From: an uncultured Chloroflexia bacterium
GTDB lineage: Bacteria > Chloroflexota > Chloroflexia > QHBQ01 > JADMIH01
Assembly: GCA_963797095.1 (NCBI GenBank)
Contig: CAWCNY010000004.1
Coordinates: forward strand, 384,001 to 448,000
Direction: 5' to 3'
DNA: 64,000 bases
The position numbers and the translations under genes were made by a program. The notes below the pieces were generated by a model. It saw only the letters and a list, made by a program, of their open reading frames with translations, was not told the DNA's origin and made no database searches. Shown here piece by piece: positions 10,083 through 21,479 of the stretch (position 1 is the stretch's first letter; every line of letters begins with the position of its first letter).

Positions 10083-10667
10083 ATGAAGCTTCCCCTGACA
10101 CTCCCCAGGTCACGCCCCGCCCCGCACAACGTCGAAGGCTTGGCATTCGACTGCGAATTGGCCGCCCGAATTCGCGACGGCGACCGCACAGCGTTCGACC
10201 GCCTTGTCGAGCGCCATCTCCCGCGTGTCAATCGCTACTTGCAGCACAGATTGGGCCTGGGACATGACGAATTGGCCCTCAGTGTCGCCTCCTCTACCTT
10301 CGAAGAAGCCCTGCACAAGCTCGGCCCCTACGCCCGCAAGACCGCCACTACCCCCATGGAGTTCTGGCTGCTCAGGCTTGCCGAACGCAACCTCGCCAGG
10401 CAACACCACCCCCCCAAAGCAAAAGCGTCCGAGCCACCAACCACCACACCAACCGAGGGCGACGACCTCCCTACCGTCAGGACGGCTATGCAAACCCTCC
10501 CCAGGCGATATTCTTCAGTCCTTACCCTGGCTCTATTCGAGGGTATGACCGCCGAATCGATTGCGTTCGCATTGGGCATGAGCCAGGCGCGTGCCATGCG
10601 TCGGTTGCGGGCAGCCCTGCGACAAATAGGGAAACGATTGGTGGCCCAATCCGAGGGAGATAGCTAG
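10083..10667 (+). CDS. ECF-type RNA polymerase sigma factor (divergent)
   Basis: GDRTAFDRLVERH, FWLLRLAERNL (region 2); LPRRYSSVLTL...EGMTAESIAFALG (region 4). Confidence 0.7.
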   Translation: MKLPLTLPRSRPAPHNVEGLAFDCELAARIRDGDRTAFDRLVERHLPRVNRYLQHRLGLGHDELALSVASSTFEEALHKLGPYARKTATTPMEFWLLRLAERNLARQHHPPKAKASEPPTTTPTEGDDLPTVRTAMQTLPRRYSSVLTLALFEGMTAESIAFALGMSQARAMRRLRAALRQIGKRLVAQSEGDS

Positions 10668-10668
10668 C

Positions 10669-11856
10669 TTGGACGCGCTGCGACGCCTCATCCAATCGGC
10701 GACCGGCCAGGGCGGCGACCGTCAGGTGTGGCGCGTCCCACCATCTGAGCGCGCCCCACGAGCGCCGCGCCTGGGCGGAGCAGATCGCGCCCTGTCCGAT
10801 GCTCTCACACAACTTGGCGAGGGTGTTCCCCTCAACTGGGGGCAGATAGAAGACGACCCTGAGTTACTGACCCTCGCGCGGCTCCAGGGCGCAGCCCAGG
10901 AATCTCGGCTGCAATCTGTCCCCGAGCCTCCACCCGCCGAGCGCGCCAGGATCGTGGAACAGCTGGCCGCACAACTACCGAAACCAACGCCCCCTAAGGC
11001 GCAGAAGGTCGCGCCCAAAAGCCTCGCCGGCTTTTCGGAGCGTGTACAGGTGCTCACTCAGGTCGAGGAAGATGTTCCCCTCCACGCCAGCGTGCCCAAA
11101 ACGCTGGTGCGTGTGGTGCTTGCTTTGGCCGCTGTTGCTCTGGTCGTGTTCGGCATCTCCTGGGTCATAAGCACTTTCACCACCCCCGCCTTCACCTGGA
11201 TCGAGGTCAGGAAGGGCAGCGACCTGCTCAACCGGATCACCAGGCCCGGCGGCTGGCAACAATACCCATGCAAAGTCGAGCGGCAGTCCAGCCCCCTCGC
11301 AAGTGAAGGCTTCCATACCTACACATCGGCCAAGATCATACGCGACCGGCTCACCTTCGACATCCCCCTCCTCCCACTGCAAGTGTCTAACCCTTCCACC
11401 TACACTCTTGAGTTTAGCCAGGCGTCCGTCGCTCCATGCAAACTGGACGATGAAGTCAGCAACGATCCGGGCGCGATGCTCAAACTCAACTACAATGTCC
11501 ACTACACAATCATAGACCCTACTGCTCCGCTCACCGCCCTCGGCAGCCCCACAGGCGAAAAGGAAGTAATAGTGCCCCTGGTGGCCTACGTTGCTCGCGA
11601 ACAACCCATCCCCATTAACGTGCGCGAAGGCACATGGCGTGAAGTCCATCTGACATCCGCCAAAGGCGGGCCTGATCTACATGGCGTGATCTGGCAGGGC
11701 GACTATTTCCACGACAGGTCGGGTGAGGCATGGTACGGCCCGGTGATCGTCCTCCTGGTCGAGCGAGGCGACATGATCATGGAGCTTGAAGGCGCGCCCC
11801 ACGACGGCATCACCGAGGATTTCCTCCTGAACGTAGCCCAGAACGTCGCCTGGTAG
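10669..11856 (+). CDS. Single-pass membrane protein, probable anti-sigma factor
   Basis: Directly follows the ECF gene; helical cytoplasmic N-terminus, one TM helix, extracytoplasmic C-terminus. Confidence 0.55.
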   Translation: MDALRRLIQSATGQGGDRQVWRVPPSERAPRAPRLGGADRALSDALTQLGEGVPLNWGQIEDDPELLTLARLQGAAQESRLQSVPEPPPAERARIVEQLAAQLPKPTPPKAQKVAPKSLAGFSERVQVLTQVEEDVPLHASVPKTLVRVVLALAAVALVVFGISWVISTFTTPAFTWIEVRKGSDLLNRITRPGGWQQYPCKVERQSSPLASEGFHTYTSAKIIRDRLTFDIPLLPLQVSNPSTYTLEFSQASVAPCKLDDEVSNDPGAMLKLNYNVHYTIIDPTAPLTALGSPTGEKEVIVPLVAYVAREQPIPINVREGTWREVHLTSAKGGPDLHGVIWQGDYFHDRSGEAWYGPVIVLLVERGDMIMELEGAPHDGITEDFLLNVAQNVAW

Positions 11857-11865
11857 CCCTGTACT

Positions 11866-11894
11866 TTGACACGCTTCACCTGGCGGTATAGAAT
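11866..11894 (+). promoter_or_regulatory. Sigma70-type promoter TTGACA-17-TAGAAT, probably giving a leaderless mRNA
   Basis: TTGACA 11866-11871, TAGAAT 11889-11894, GTG start at 11901, no SD sequence. Confidence 0.7.
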
Positions 11895-11900
11895 CGGCCC

Positions 11901-13589
11901 GTGATTGACAAAGTTCATGGTCGCGTCTTGCCCCCCTGGCATGTATGGGCAGCCTGGCTGGCGGCAGGGGCGCTCCTCCTGCTGGCGATACCTTCCATTG
12001 CCCGTTTCGTGGGCACCTCCGGCGATTGGCTCAACTACCCCTACCCACGTCCCGGCTCGGAAGGCCTGATCCTCTACGAGTCCCTCCTTTCCAAACACGG
12101 CGGCAACGTCTACGCCCCCATCACCCCCGACCGCTTTATCTCCGGCCCCTACCCTCCCATCTACTACTGGCTCGCCGTTCTGGTCCTGCCCGACCATCTA
12201 CCCGACTTTTCCTCGCCCCAAACGGTCACTTCCATATTCGCTCCTGGCCGAACCATTTCCCTGGTCGCCGCCATAACTGCGGCCCTACTCATCGTCTCTA
12301 TCGTCACCGCCGGAGGATATGCGGTTCGGGACAGGCGTAGGTTGCTGTGCGGCATCATAGGAGGCGCTGTTGGTGCAACCATATTCCTCGCTATGCCCCA
12401 GGTGGAAGTATGGGCCACCCGCTTCAGGGGTGACATGCTGATGATCGCTCTTACAGCGGGCGGCCTGGCCTGCATATCGGCAACTTCATCAGGAACATCG
12501 GACGACAATCGCCTGGGCTGGCCCTGGCTGGTCGCGGGCGCTGCCCTCTTCTCGCTCGCCTTTTTCACCAAGCAGACCGCCGTGGCAGGCCCTATTGCTG
12601 CCGCCCTCTTTCTTTTGGCACGCGACTGGCGCTCCGGCCTCAAATGGTGCGCGCTGATGTTCGCCCTGGTAATCGTGCCTTTCGCCGCCCTCGACCTCGC
12701 CACCGCTCACTGGTTCTACCTGAAGATGGTCGATTACCACTCACTTCCGCTAAGGAGCCTCACCCTCGAACGCCTCCTCCAGTTCGCCTTCTGGGAGGAC
12801 CAGTGGCCCGTCATTCTCCTGGCAATCGCCTACGCCCTCTTATCTGCCCTCACTCTGCGCGGCGTTTCCCGCCCTCCCCCTACAGGCCCAACCGAGCGAA
12901 CCTTCTTGTCTCGCTTGCCCCGTCTCAAAGTGGACAATACCCTTCTGATCCCTTTCTTCGTACTCGCCGCCCTCACTACGCTCCCGACCGGGGCAGTGGT
13001 CGGCGCGGACCACAACCATCTCTTGATGCCCGGCCTTGCCGTATCGCTTGGGGTAGGAGCGCCGGTCGCCTTCCTGCTCAATTACCTCACAACTTCCGAA
13101 AGTCCCGTTCCTGGGCAGCCCTGGAACCGGTCGCGCTCTACCTACACACTATCGGCGGCGGTATCAGCGGTCCTCATCGGCCTGTACCTCCTTGTTACGT
13201 CGCCACCATCCTCCTGGTACAATCCCGACCTCACGGTCCCCCCTCCTGAGCAGCAAGAGCAATTGCGCAAAATTGTTCTCAATATCCAGCAAAACCCCGG
13301 CGCTCTCTTCTTCGCGGACGACCCCGGTATGCTTGCGCTGGCGGGCAAGGAAACACCCTATGACGATCCCTTCACGATGACCGCTCTCGCTGAACAAGGT
13401 CGCTGGGACGAATCTGCCTACCGAAACCAAATAGGCCAGGGTAAGTTCGCCCTCCTGGTCCTCTCATGTGATGTGACCTCACCCAACAGTTGCCGAGGCG
13501 ACACCTTCACCCCCGGCGTGCTAGACGCAATTCGCGACGGCTACACAATCCTTTTCCGCGACATCCTCTACACCTACGTACCGAAATAA
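11901..13589 (+). CDS. Polytopic membrane protein, GT-C / PMT-like glycosyltransferase
   Basis: EGLILYE...YPPIYY, RGDML and FFTKQT; many TM segments and a C-terminal soluble domain. Confidence 0.6.
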   Translation: MIDKVHGRVLPPWHVWAAWLAAGALLLLAIPSIARFVGTSGDWLNYPYPRPGSEGLILYESLLSKHGGNVYAPITPDRFISGPYPPIYYWLAVLVLPDHLPDFSSPQTVTSIFAPGRTISLVAAITAALLIVSIVTAGGYAVRDRRRLLCGIIGGAVGATIFLAMPQVEVWATRFRGDMLMIALTAGGLACISATSSGTSDDNRLGWPWLVAGAALFSLAFFTKQTAVAGPIAAALFLLARDWRSGLKWCALMFALVIVPFAALDLATAHWFYLKMVDYHSLPLRSLTLERLLQFAFWEDQWPVILLAIAYALLSALTLRGVSRPPPTGPTERTFLSRLPRLKVDNTLLIPFFVLAALTTLPTGAVVGADHNHLLMPGLAVSLGVGAPVAFLLNYLTTSESPVPGQPWNRSRSTYTLSAAVSAVLIGLYLLVTSPPSSWYNPDLTVPPPEQQEQLRKIVLNIQQNPGALFFADDPGMLALAGKETPYDDPFTMTALAEQGRWDESAYRNQIGQGKFALLVLSCDVTSPNSCRGDTFTPGVLDAIRDGYTILFRDILYTYVPK

Positions 13590-13626
13590 GCCTTTCAACG
13601 ATGTACAATCTGTTTTTTGCAATAGA

Positions 13627-13680
13627 GAATCTTCGTGCTTCGCACTCCTTCGTATCTTCGTGTTCCGGTCTTCGTGTTCC
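13627..13680. repeat. Short degenerate tandem repeat (CTTCGTG-like, about x5)
   Basis: cttcgtg cttcgca ... cttcgtat cttcgtgttcc ... cttcgtgttcc. Confidence 0.55.
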
Positions 13681-13749
13681 AGGAAAAACACCTTGCATAC
13701 TAAGGCCCCCTCACGTACACTTAACGGATAGACCAATCGAGGCAGACAC

Positions 13750-15201
13750 ATGGCAGACAAGGTTCGATTACGAATAGCACCTTCCCCAACGGGCGACCCC
13801 CACGTCGGCACGGCTTACATGGCGCTCTTCAACAGAGCGTTCGCCCACAGGCACGGCGGCAAGTTCATCCTCCGCATAGAGGACACCGACCAGACCCGCT
13901 ACAAGGAAGGCTCCGAGCAAGAGATACTCAAAAGCCTCGACTGGCTTGGCCTCATGCCCGATGAAGGCCCCGGCATCGGCGGCGACTACGGTCCCTACGT
14001 GCAAACTCAGCGCCGCGACCTTTACCCGAAGTGCGCCAACCAGCTTGTCAACAGCGGCCATGCCTATCGCTGCTTTTGCACCAAAGAGCGCCTTGACCAA
14101 CTCCGCCAGGAGCAAATAGCGCGCAAAGAGCCGCCGCGCTACGACCGCCGTTGCCTTTACCTCCCCAAACATGAGATCGAGAGCTACCTGGTGGCAGGTA
14201 TGCCCTACACGATCCGCCTGCGCGTGCCGGACGAGGGCCAAACCTCCTTCAACGACCTCATAAGGGGCGAGATCACCTTCGATAACAAGGAGTTGAACGA
14301 CCCCATCCTCCTCAAGTCGGATGGCTTGCCCGTCTATCACCTTGCCGTGGTTGTAGACGATCACTTTATGGAGATCAGCCACGTCGTACGCGCCGAGGAG
14401 TGGATCAGCAGCGCGCCACTCCACGTAATGCTATACAACTTCTTCGGCTGGGACCTACCGTACTTCGCCCACTTCCCCCTCTTACGCAACGCTGATCGCT
14501 CTAAGATCTCCAAGCGCAAGCAGAATACGTCCATCAAATGGTACCGTGACCAGGGCTACCTCCCTGAGGCGATGGTCAACTTCCTTGCCCTCATGGGTTG
14601 GTCTATGCCCGATGGTAGCGAGATATTCTCGTACGAGGACATTGAGCGCGAATTCACATTCGAGCGCGTAACCACCGGTGGCCCCGTCTTCGACCTCGTG
14701 AAATTGACCAGCATCAACGGCAAGTACATCCGCATGCTGTCGGACGACGAGCTTTATGAGCGCCTCCTGCCCTACCTACCCGAAGACCTCGACCGAGACA
14801 GGGTGCGCAAGATCGTGCCCGTTCTGAAAGACCGCCTCACCCGCCTAGGCGAGTTCACCGACCTCACCGGCTTCTTCTTCGGGCCTCCACCCGACTATGC
14901 GCCTTCTCTGTTAGTGCCGAAGAAAGGTACTCCCGAAAGTGCTTTGGAGGCCCTCAAGAGAATCAGAACACTCATGTCCGATCTTCCTGAGCCGTGGACC
15001 CACGAGGAATGGGAAGCCCGGATGCGCGCCCTGGCCGAGGAGCTTGGAATGAAGGCGGGCGACCTCTTCATGGTCCTGCGCGTCGCCATCACCAGCAGCA
15101 CCATCTCCCCACCCCTGTACGAGAGCATGGAAATCCTGGGCAAGGCCGAGGTGCTCAGCAGGATCGATACAGCCATAGGCAAATTAGAAAACCATACTTA
15201 A
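13750..15201 (+). CDS. gltX: Glutamate--tRNA ligase
   Basis: RIAPSPTGDPHVG (HIGH), LRIEDTD, CFC...YDRRC and KISKR (KMSKS). Confidence 0.97.
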   Translation: MADKVRLRIAPSPTGDPHVGTAYMALFNRAFAHRHGGKFILRIEDTDQTRYKEGSEQEILKSLDWLGLMPDEGPGIGGDYGPYVQTQRRDLYPKCANQLVNSGHAYRCFCTKERLDQLRQEQIARKEPPRYDRRCLYLPKHEIESYLVAGMPYTIRLRVPDEGQTSFNDLIRGEITFDNKELNDPILLKSDGLPVYHLAVVVDDHFMEISHVVRAEEWISSAPLHVMLYNFFGWDLPYFAHFPLLRNADRSKISKRKQNTSIKWYRDQGYLPEAMVNFLALMGWSMPDGSEIFSYEDIEREFTFERVTTGGPVFDLVKLTSINGKYIRMLSDDELYERLLPYLPEDLDRDRVRKIVPVLKDRLTRLGEFTDLTGFFFGPPPDYAPSLLVPKKGTPESALEALKRIRTLMSDLPEPWTHEEWEARMRALAEELGMKAGDLFMVLRVAITSSTISPPLYESMEILGKAEVLSRIDTAIGKLENHT

Positions 15202-15265
15202 GTACACCCCAAAACCTGTCCAGATTTGTCCTACCTTTGCCTTATACCATATGAGGGGAAGTCCA
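15187..15265 (-). repeat. Dispersed 79-bp repeat, copy C (inverted); overlaps the gltX stop codon
   Basis: Reverse complement aligns without gaps to 38668-38746 (62/79 identical, counted by hand). Confidence 0.8.
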
Positions 15266-15381
15266 ACCATCTAGTGGACTGAACCGCCGAAAACCCGCGA
15301 AAACAATCAAAACATGTACCAAAGTACACGTTTTTCCGGGTGCCGCATAGACAGCGTTGTAAGCGCAGGCCTTGGGCTTTC

Positions 15382-16143
15382 CTAAATCAAAGCCTTACTC
15401 TTGAAAGATTCCCATTGGCCGTCGCGCAGGTGGGCAACGTAAAAAATATGCTCAAGGAAACGTGAATGGGCGATCAGAACCTCTTCGCCAGGCTGAAGAT
15501 TCACGTAGGCATTCTTCTCTATCCGGAAGACAACGCGTGGGCCGGGCGCGCCCAGCGAAGCAGGCGCAACCTCCACCTGCGACGATATTCGGTCACGCGA
15601 GAGATATCCGCTGCGCCTCGGAGGGGAGGGGAGAGCACCGCCAGCACCACGTGGCTTCACGATCTGTGAGCGGTCCACCGACGCCGCCACCTGCTCATCG
15701 GTTATCTGTGAAGCCATGTACTGGTCTGGACCCGCATAGGCTGGCGTCACCCCAATCCAATCGCCCGCCATACGTCCGGCCACCGCGCGTTTGTCGGCCA
15801 GCGTGCCGCGAGTGTAGTGCAAGGGAGATGAAAGATCTCGCACTCCCTTGATCAGCGCAAGCAGGAAGTAGACGGTCAGCGCTGTCCCGACCAGCCCAAA
15901 TGTGCCGCAAAACAGGAAACCGGCAGGTGTAGCCCCGGCGGTTCCTCCCTCGGAGGCGTTCCAGGAGTTGGCGGCATTGCCAAAGGCCACCACAGTCAAG
16001 AAACCTACCAGCAGGAAGAGAAGAAGGGTCGCAAGCAGAGTGACCACTATTGGCAAATAGTAGTTTATTCGAGGCAGCCCCTCAATCGCATCTGATCGTG
16101 GCAGATTGTCCTTGCCCCGCCCCAGCAGTGACCTGACCTTCAT
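15382..16143 (-). CDS. Hypothetical membrane protein (2 TM)
   Basis: Open frame with two hydrophobic helices. TTGAAG-17-TATAAT lies 7 nt before ATG 16143. Confidence 0.65.
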   Translation of the reverse strand: MKVRSLLGRGKDNLPRSDAIEGLPRINYYLPIVVTLLATLLLFLLVGFLTVVAFGNAANSWNASEGGTAGATPAGFLFCGTFGLVGTALTVYFLLALIKGVRDLSSPLHYTRGTLADKRAVAGRMAGDWIGVTPAYAGPDQYMASQITDEQVAASVDRSQIVKPRGAGGALPSPPRRSGYLSRDRISSQVEVAPASLGAPGPRVVFRIEKNAYVNLQPGEEVLIAHSRFLEHIFYVAHLRDGQWESFKSKALI

Positions 16144-16226
16144 AGACGCCATTATATTAGCCCTCCCGATTGGCTTCAAGCCAATTCGTGCTATAATGAT
16201 CTCACTTCGTCGCGCAACTGAGGAGC

Positions 16227-17495
16227 TTGTTGTCTACCTGGTTCAACATCAGCATAGCCCTGGTGGTCTTCATGGGCCTGGCGAGCGGAGGAATGTTCAG
16301 CCTCGTGCTGATGTCCAACCGCAAGCAACAGGCACCGTTCACCATAATCTTCGGCCTCATGCTCCTCATTGCTGTGCTTGGGGCAGTAGGCTCGGTCAGC
16401 ATAATCCACGACCTCACCGGCGGCCTTGCCAACTCGGTTGTGCTGTTGGTCCTCGCCTGCACCCTGGGATACGCCCTCACTACTTTCTCGGTACTCTCCG
16501 CTGGCAGGAGCAAGCCGTCCCTCGACCCAACCAATCTCCCTGTCGCGGGCAATGGCACCGAGCGCACAGACGTTATTCTGCTCGCGCCCGGCGAGCCGCC
16601 TGAGTACAATACCCGCCACGCTGCCCGGCGTCTTGAGTTGGCCGACGACCAGCAGGACGTGCCACCTCTCTTACTTCGCCCGTTCTACATGCGCGACATC
16701 AAATCGAAGTACCAGTCTATCGGTGTAAGCCCATACAGAGAATCCCACATTGAACTCGCGCGCAAGGTTCAATCGAGGCTTGACCAGACCCATCATGTGT
16801 CGGTTGCCTTCTATTCGGACCAGCCTTCGCTAGCTGCTGCTTTCGTTGAAGGCTTGCAGGGAGGGTCCCGCCATATCGTGATCGCGCACGTGCGTGTAAC
16901 AGACCCACCAGATGCGGTGTTGACAGGCGACCTCTACGAGGGAGTCGACCCGGTGCGATATGGCGCGACGCTTCACCACGCCGAACCGCTATGGGACTCG
17001 CAGCTATTGCCTCAAATCTATGTGCGCCGCATTATCGAGGCGCTGCCGCATATCGGAGCGGATACCGCCGACGTGGGATTGCTTTTGGTAGGGCGTGGGC
17101 ATATACAAACAGGCGAGTCGTCGGTAACGCGCTATATCCAGGAGTCGAACTATCTGCGGCGCGTGCGCGATGCGCTCTTGCGCCTTGGGTTCGACGAGAA
17201 CAGTATGGCTGTGGGGTGGCTGAGACATAACCCAACGGTTAGCGAGAGCCTCCAAACTCTGATTTCCGCGGGCGCAAAAATGGTTTATTGCCTTCCTGCT
17301 TCGTTCCCCGCCGACGGTATCAACACACTCTTCGACATCCGAGCGCAGGTAGATTCGATCGTGGCCGCCAACCGTATCAAGTTCGTGTCGCTCGGAGCCT
17401 GGAACGCCGACGATCTGGCGGCAGAAGAGATCGCCGCTTATGTGCGTGCGGCATCTCCGGCATTCGCTCCCGCCAAGCTTACCTCGCGAGTATGA
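16227..17495 (+). CDS. Membrane-anchored ferrochelatase / CbiX-fold protein
   Basis: Three N-terminal TM helices, then VILLAPGEP, YQSIGVSP, AFYSDQPS and FPADGINTLFDI, resembling class II chelatases. Confidence 0.6.
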   Translation: MLSTWFNISIALVVFMGLASGGMFSLVLMSNRKQQAPFTIIFGLMLLIAVLGAVGSVSIIHDLTGGLANSVVLLVLACTLGYALTTFSVLSAGRSKPSLDPTNLPVAGNGTERTDVILLAPGEPPEYNTRHAARRLELADDQQDVPPLLLRPFYMRDIKSKYQSIGVSPYRESHIELARKVQSRLDQTHHVSVAFYSDQPSLAAAFVEGLQGGSRHIVIAHVRVTDPPDAVLTGDLYEGVDPVRYGATLHHAEPLWDSQLLPQIYVRRIIEALPHIGADTADVGLLLVGRGHIQTGESSVTRYIQESNYLRRVRDALLRLGFDENSMAVGWLRHNPTVSESLQTLISAGAKMVYCLPASFPADGINTLFDIRAQVDSIVAANRIKFVSLGAWNADDLAAEEIAAYVRAASPAFAPAKLTSRV

Positions 17496-17642
17496 AGGCC
17501 AGACACCGCTGCCGCTCGGCGGATTGTAGGTTCCCCTTGCGTAAGTTATAATATTGGTTGGCATTCGCAAACGTCGTTGCCGCAGATGGCAGGCGAGTAA
17601 CTACCACCTGTTTTCATAAAGCGAGGAGGAAAGGCTAGGCGC

Positions 17643-19016
17643 ATGGAGAGATGGTTCCCGAGTGGCTATGGATTCCGGCGCTGGGCGGTGGTTTTCGCGC
17701 TGGGGGTTGGCATCTTGGCTGTCGGATTGGCCATGGGCATCACCAATCTCTACAGGATGTATGTGGTCGATAATAGCGGCACCACCTTCCTCTATTTCGC
17801 CACACTCCAATCTATCGGCCATCCGTGGCGCGAGATTCTTGTAGCTATTGTCGGTGTTGGCTTGCTGGCGTGGGGGGCTGTTGGTATCAGCAAGGCCGCT
17901 CAGGCTGCCGCAGCACTCGGCAAACCGCTCGAAGTGCCGGTGCTAGCCCCCATGCGTGCCGCGCGCCGGGCGGGTGGGCCTCGCATCGTCGCCATAGGTG
18001 GCGGCACAGGCATGCCCACCCTCCTGCGTGGCCTGAAGGAACTCACTGATAACATCACCGCTGTGGTGAATGTCGTGGACGACGGCGGTTCATCCGGCAG
18101 GCTTCGGCGCGACCTGGGAATCTTGCCGCCAGGAGATTTCCGAAACAATCTGGTGGCACTCTCCGAGGTCGAGCCATTGATGACCGAGCTTTTCCAGTAC
18201 AGGTTTGAAGGTGCAGGAGAGCTTGAAGGTCATTCGTTCGGCAACCTCTTCCTCGTAGCAATGACCGGAGTCACGGGCAATTTTGAGCAGGCGATCCGCG
18301 AATCGTCACGCGTGCTTGCGGTGCGCGGCAAAGTGCTCCCCTCGTCCCTTGAAGACATAGAACTTTACGCCGAATTACAGAACGGCGACATCGTGCGAGG
18401 CGAGTCGGTAATCCCGCGCACGCCCGTGCCCCTGAAAAGGGTGTTCATGCGCCCCGCCCACGCCGCAGGCTACCCTGAAGCCCTCTCGGAGATATATAAC
18501 GCAGATATCATCGTGCTTGGGCCAGGCTCGCTATTTACCAGCATAATGCCGCCTTTGCTTGTAGAAGACATCGCACGCGCGGTGAAGAACAACCGCACGG
18601 CGGTCAAAGTGTACATTTGCAACGTCGCCACTCAGCCGGGCGAGACCGACGGTTTCGGAGTGGCCGAGCACGTTCAAGCGATCCACGATCACATCAACTC
18701 CAGGCTGTTCGACTATGTGATCTACAATTCCAACATGGAGAGCGCACGTAATATCAAGCCGGAATGGAACGTGCAGGCGGTCACACTCGCGGGAGCAGAC
18801 AAGCGCTTCCCCAGGATAGACTTCGTCCCGGCAGATGTTGTGCGCGATGATAATCCTCTGCGCCACGACCCGGCAAAACTCGCCGATGCGGTCAAAAGTC
18901 TCTATTACAATCGCGGTGGTCGCAACGGCGCTCCAGGGCGCGAAAGAGAACGGAGAAACGGCACCGATCACAAATCGGTGGTGAAGGACCAGGGATCGGT
19001 TACTCAAAGACTATGA
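17643..19016 (+). CDS. yvcK: YvcK/GlmR family (CofD-related) UDP-GlcNAc-binding protein with N-terminal TM helices
   Basis: IGGGTG, DDGGSSGRLR, PPGDFRN, GHSFGNL, GPGSLFTS and RHDP. Confidence 0.9.
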   Translation: MERWFPSGYGFRRWAVVFALGVGILAVGLAMGITNLYRMYVVDNSGTTFLYFATLQSIGHPWREILVAIVGVGLLAWGAVGISKAAQAAAALGKPLEVPVLAPMRAARRAGGPRIVAIGGGTGMPTLLRGLKELTDNITAVVNVVDDGGSSGRLRRDLGILPPGDFRNNLVALSEVEPLMTELFQYRFEGAGELEGHSFGNLFLVAMTGVTGNFEQAIRESSRVLAVRGKVLPSSLEDIELYAELQNGDIVRGESVIPRTPVPLKRVFMRPAHAAGYPEALSEIYNADIIVLGPGSLFTSIMPPLLVEDIARAVKNNRTAVKVYICNVATQPGETDGFGVAEHVQAIHDHINSRLFDYVIYNSNMESARNIKPEWNVQAVTLAGADKRFPRIDFVPADVVRDDNPLRHDPAKLADAVKSLYYNRGGRNGAPGRERERRNGTDHKSVVKDQGSVTQRL

Positions 19017-19037
19017 TCGCCGGTCGCCGATGCATAA

Positions 19038-20072
<1,035 letters not shown>

Positions 20073-20094
20073 TTGAAAGTCAATGATCGGTAAC

Positions 20095-20180
20095 CGGTTG
20101 CAGAAACCTGGAACTTGAAACTTGAAACCGTAACCCTCCATCTCCCCCGACTACCGATCACCAACTTCCAACTACCCGCA
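20095..20180. repeat. Heptamer tandem repeats (GAAACTT-like and GACTACC-like) in the gap-pgk spacer
   Basis: gaaacct ggaactt gaaactt gaaaccg ... cgactac cgatcac caacttc caactac. Confidence 0.65.
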
Positions 20181-20185
20181 AAACT

Positions 20186-21403
20186 ATGGACAAAATGACT
20201 CTACGCGACGTGGATGTCGCGGGCAAAAAGGTGCTGGTGCGGGTGGACTTCAATGTGCCGCTCGATGAGAACGGCGCGATCACAGATGATACACGCATTC
20301 GTGCCTCGCTGCCAACCATCCAATATTTACTTGAACAAGGAGCAGCGGTAATCCTGATGTCGCACCTGGGCCGTCCGAAGGGTGGTCCCAATCCGAAATA
20401 CAGCCTCGCGCCGACCGCCGTGCGGCTTTCTGAAATGCTTGGTGGCAATATTCCCGTCGAAATGGCCCACGATTGCACCGGACCGGAAGTGAGAGAACAG
20501 GCTTATAACCTGAAACCGGGAGAGATACTTATACTCGAAAATCTCCGGTTCCACTCGGAAGAGGAAGCCAACGACGGTGATTTCGCCCGGCAACTTGCGG
20601 ACCTCGCGGAAATCTATGTAAACGATGCATTTGGGTCTGCCCACCGGGCGCACGCCTCAACCGAAGGTGTGGCCCACTACCTGCCCGCAGTGGCCGGCTT
20701 CCTGATGGAGCGTGAGATCGGCGTTATGGGCGACGCTTTGGAGAACCCGAAGCGCCCATTCGTCGCCATTCTCGGTGGCGCTAAGGTCTCGGATAAGATG
20801 GGCGTGATAGGCAATCTGCTCGGCAAAGTTGATAGCTTAATCATCGGCGGCGGCATGGCAAACACCTTCCTGAAAGCACTTGATGTCGAAATAGGTGCTT
20901 CGCTCGTGGAGAACGATCGGTTGAAGGATGCTGAGGAATTGGCCGGTCTGGCAGGCTTGCGAGGCGTTGCCCTTCTGTTACCCTCGGACGTAGTAATAGC
21001 GGATAGCTTCAGCGCCACTGCCGACCACAAGGTAGTGGACGCACACAACGTGCCTGAAAGCGGTGGCGCTGAAGGCTGGCGTATTATGGACATCGGGCCT
21101 GACTCTTCCTCACGATATGGCGAGGTAATCCGAGCAGCGAAAACGGTGGTCTGGAATGGCCCGATGGGTGTGTTCGAAATGGAGCCGTTTTCGCATGGTA
21201 CGCTGGCCGTTGCCCAGGCCGTATGCGATGCGACGGAAGCAGGCGCGACCAGCATAGTAGGTGGTGGCGACTCTGTTGCTGCCATCGACAAGATGGGACT
21301 TGCCGACAAAATTACCCACATCTCGACAGGCGGCGGAGCGTCGCTGGAGTTCCTCGAAGGGCGCGAGCTGCCCGGCGTGGCCGCGCTCAACAAGAAAGAA
21401 TAG
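20186..21403 (+). CDS. pgk: Phosphoglycerate kinase
   Basis: [34 protein letters not shown] and STGGGASLE. Confidence 0.98.
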   Translation: MDKMTLRDVDVAGKKVLVRVDFNVPLDENGAITDDTRIRASLPTIQYLLEQGAAVILMSHLGRPKGGPNPKYSLAPTAVRLSEMLGGNIPVEMAHDCTGPEVREQAYNLKPGEILILENLRFHSEEEANDGDFARQLADLAEIYVNDAFGSAHRAHASTEGVAHYLPAVAGFLMEREIGVMGDALENPKRPFVAILGGAKVSDKMGVIGNLLGKVDSLIIGGGMANTFLKALDVEIGASLVENDRLKDAEELAGLAGLRGVALLLPSDVVIADSFSATADHKVVDAHNVPESGGAEGWRIMDIGPDSSSRYGEVIRAAKTVVWNGPMGVFEMEPFSHGTLAVAQAVCDATEAGATSIVGGGDSVAAIDKMGLADKITHISTGGGASLEFLEGRELPGVAALNKKE

Positions 21404-21479
21404 GTGGGATGGTATAATAACGAATAGAGTACGACAAGCCGCGGCATGATCAAGCCCAAAGGAAGGATAGAACGCAGTA

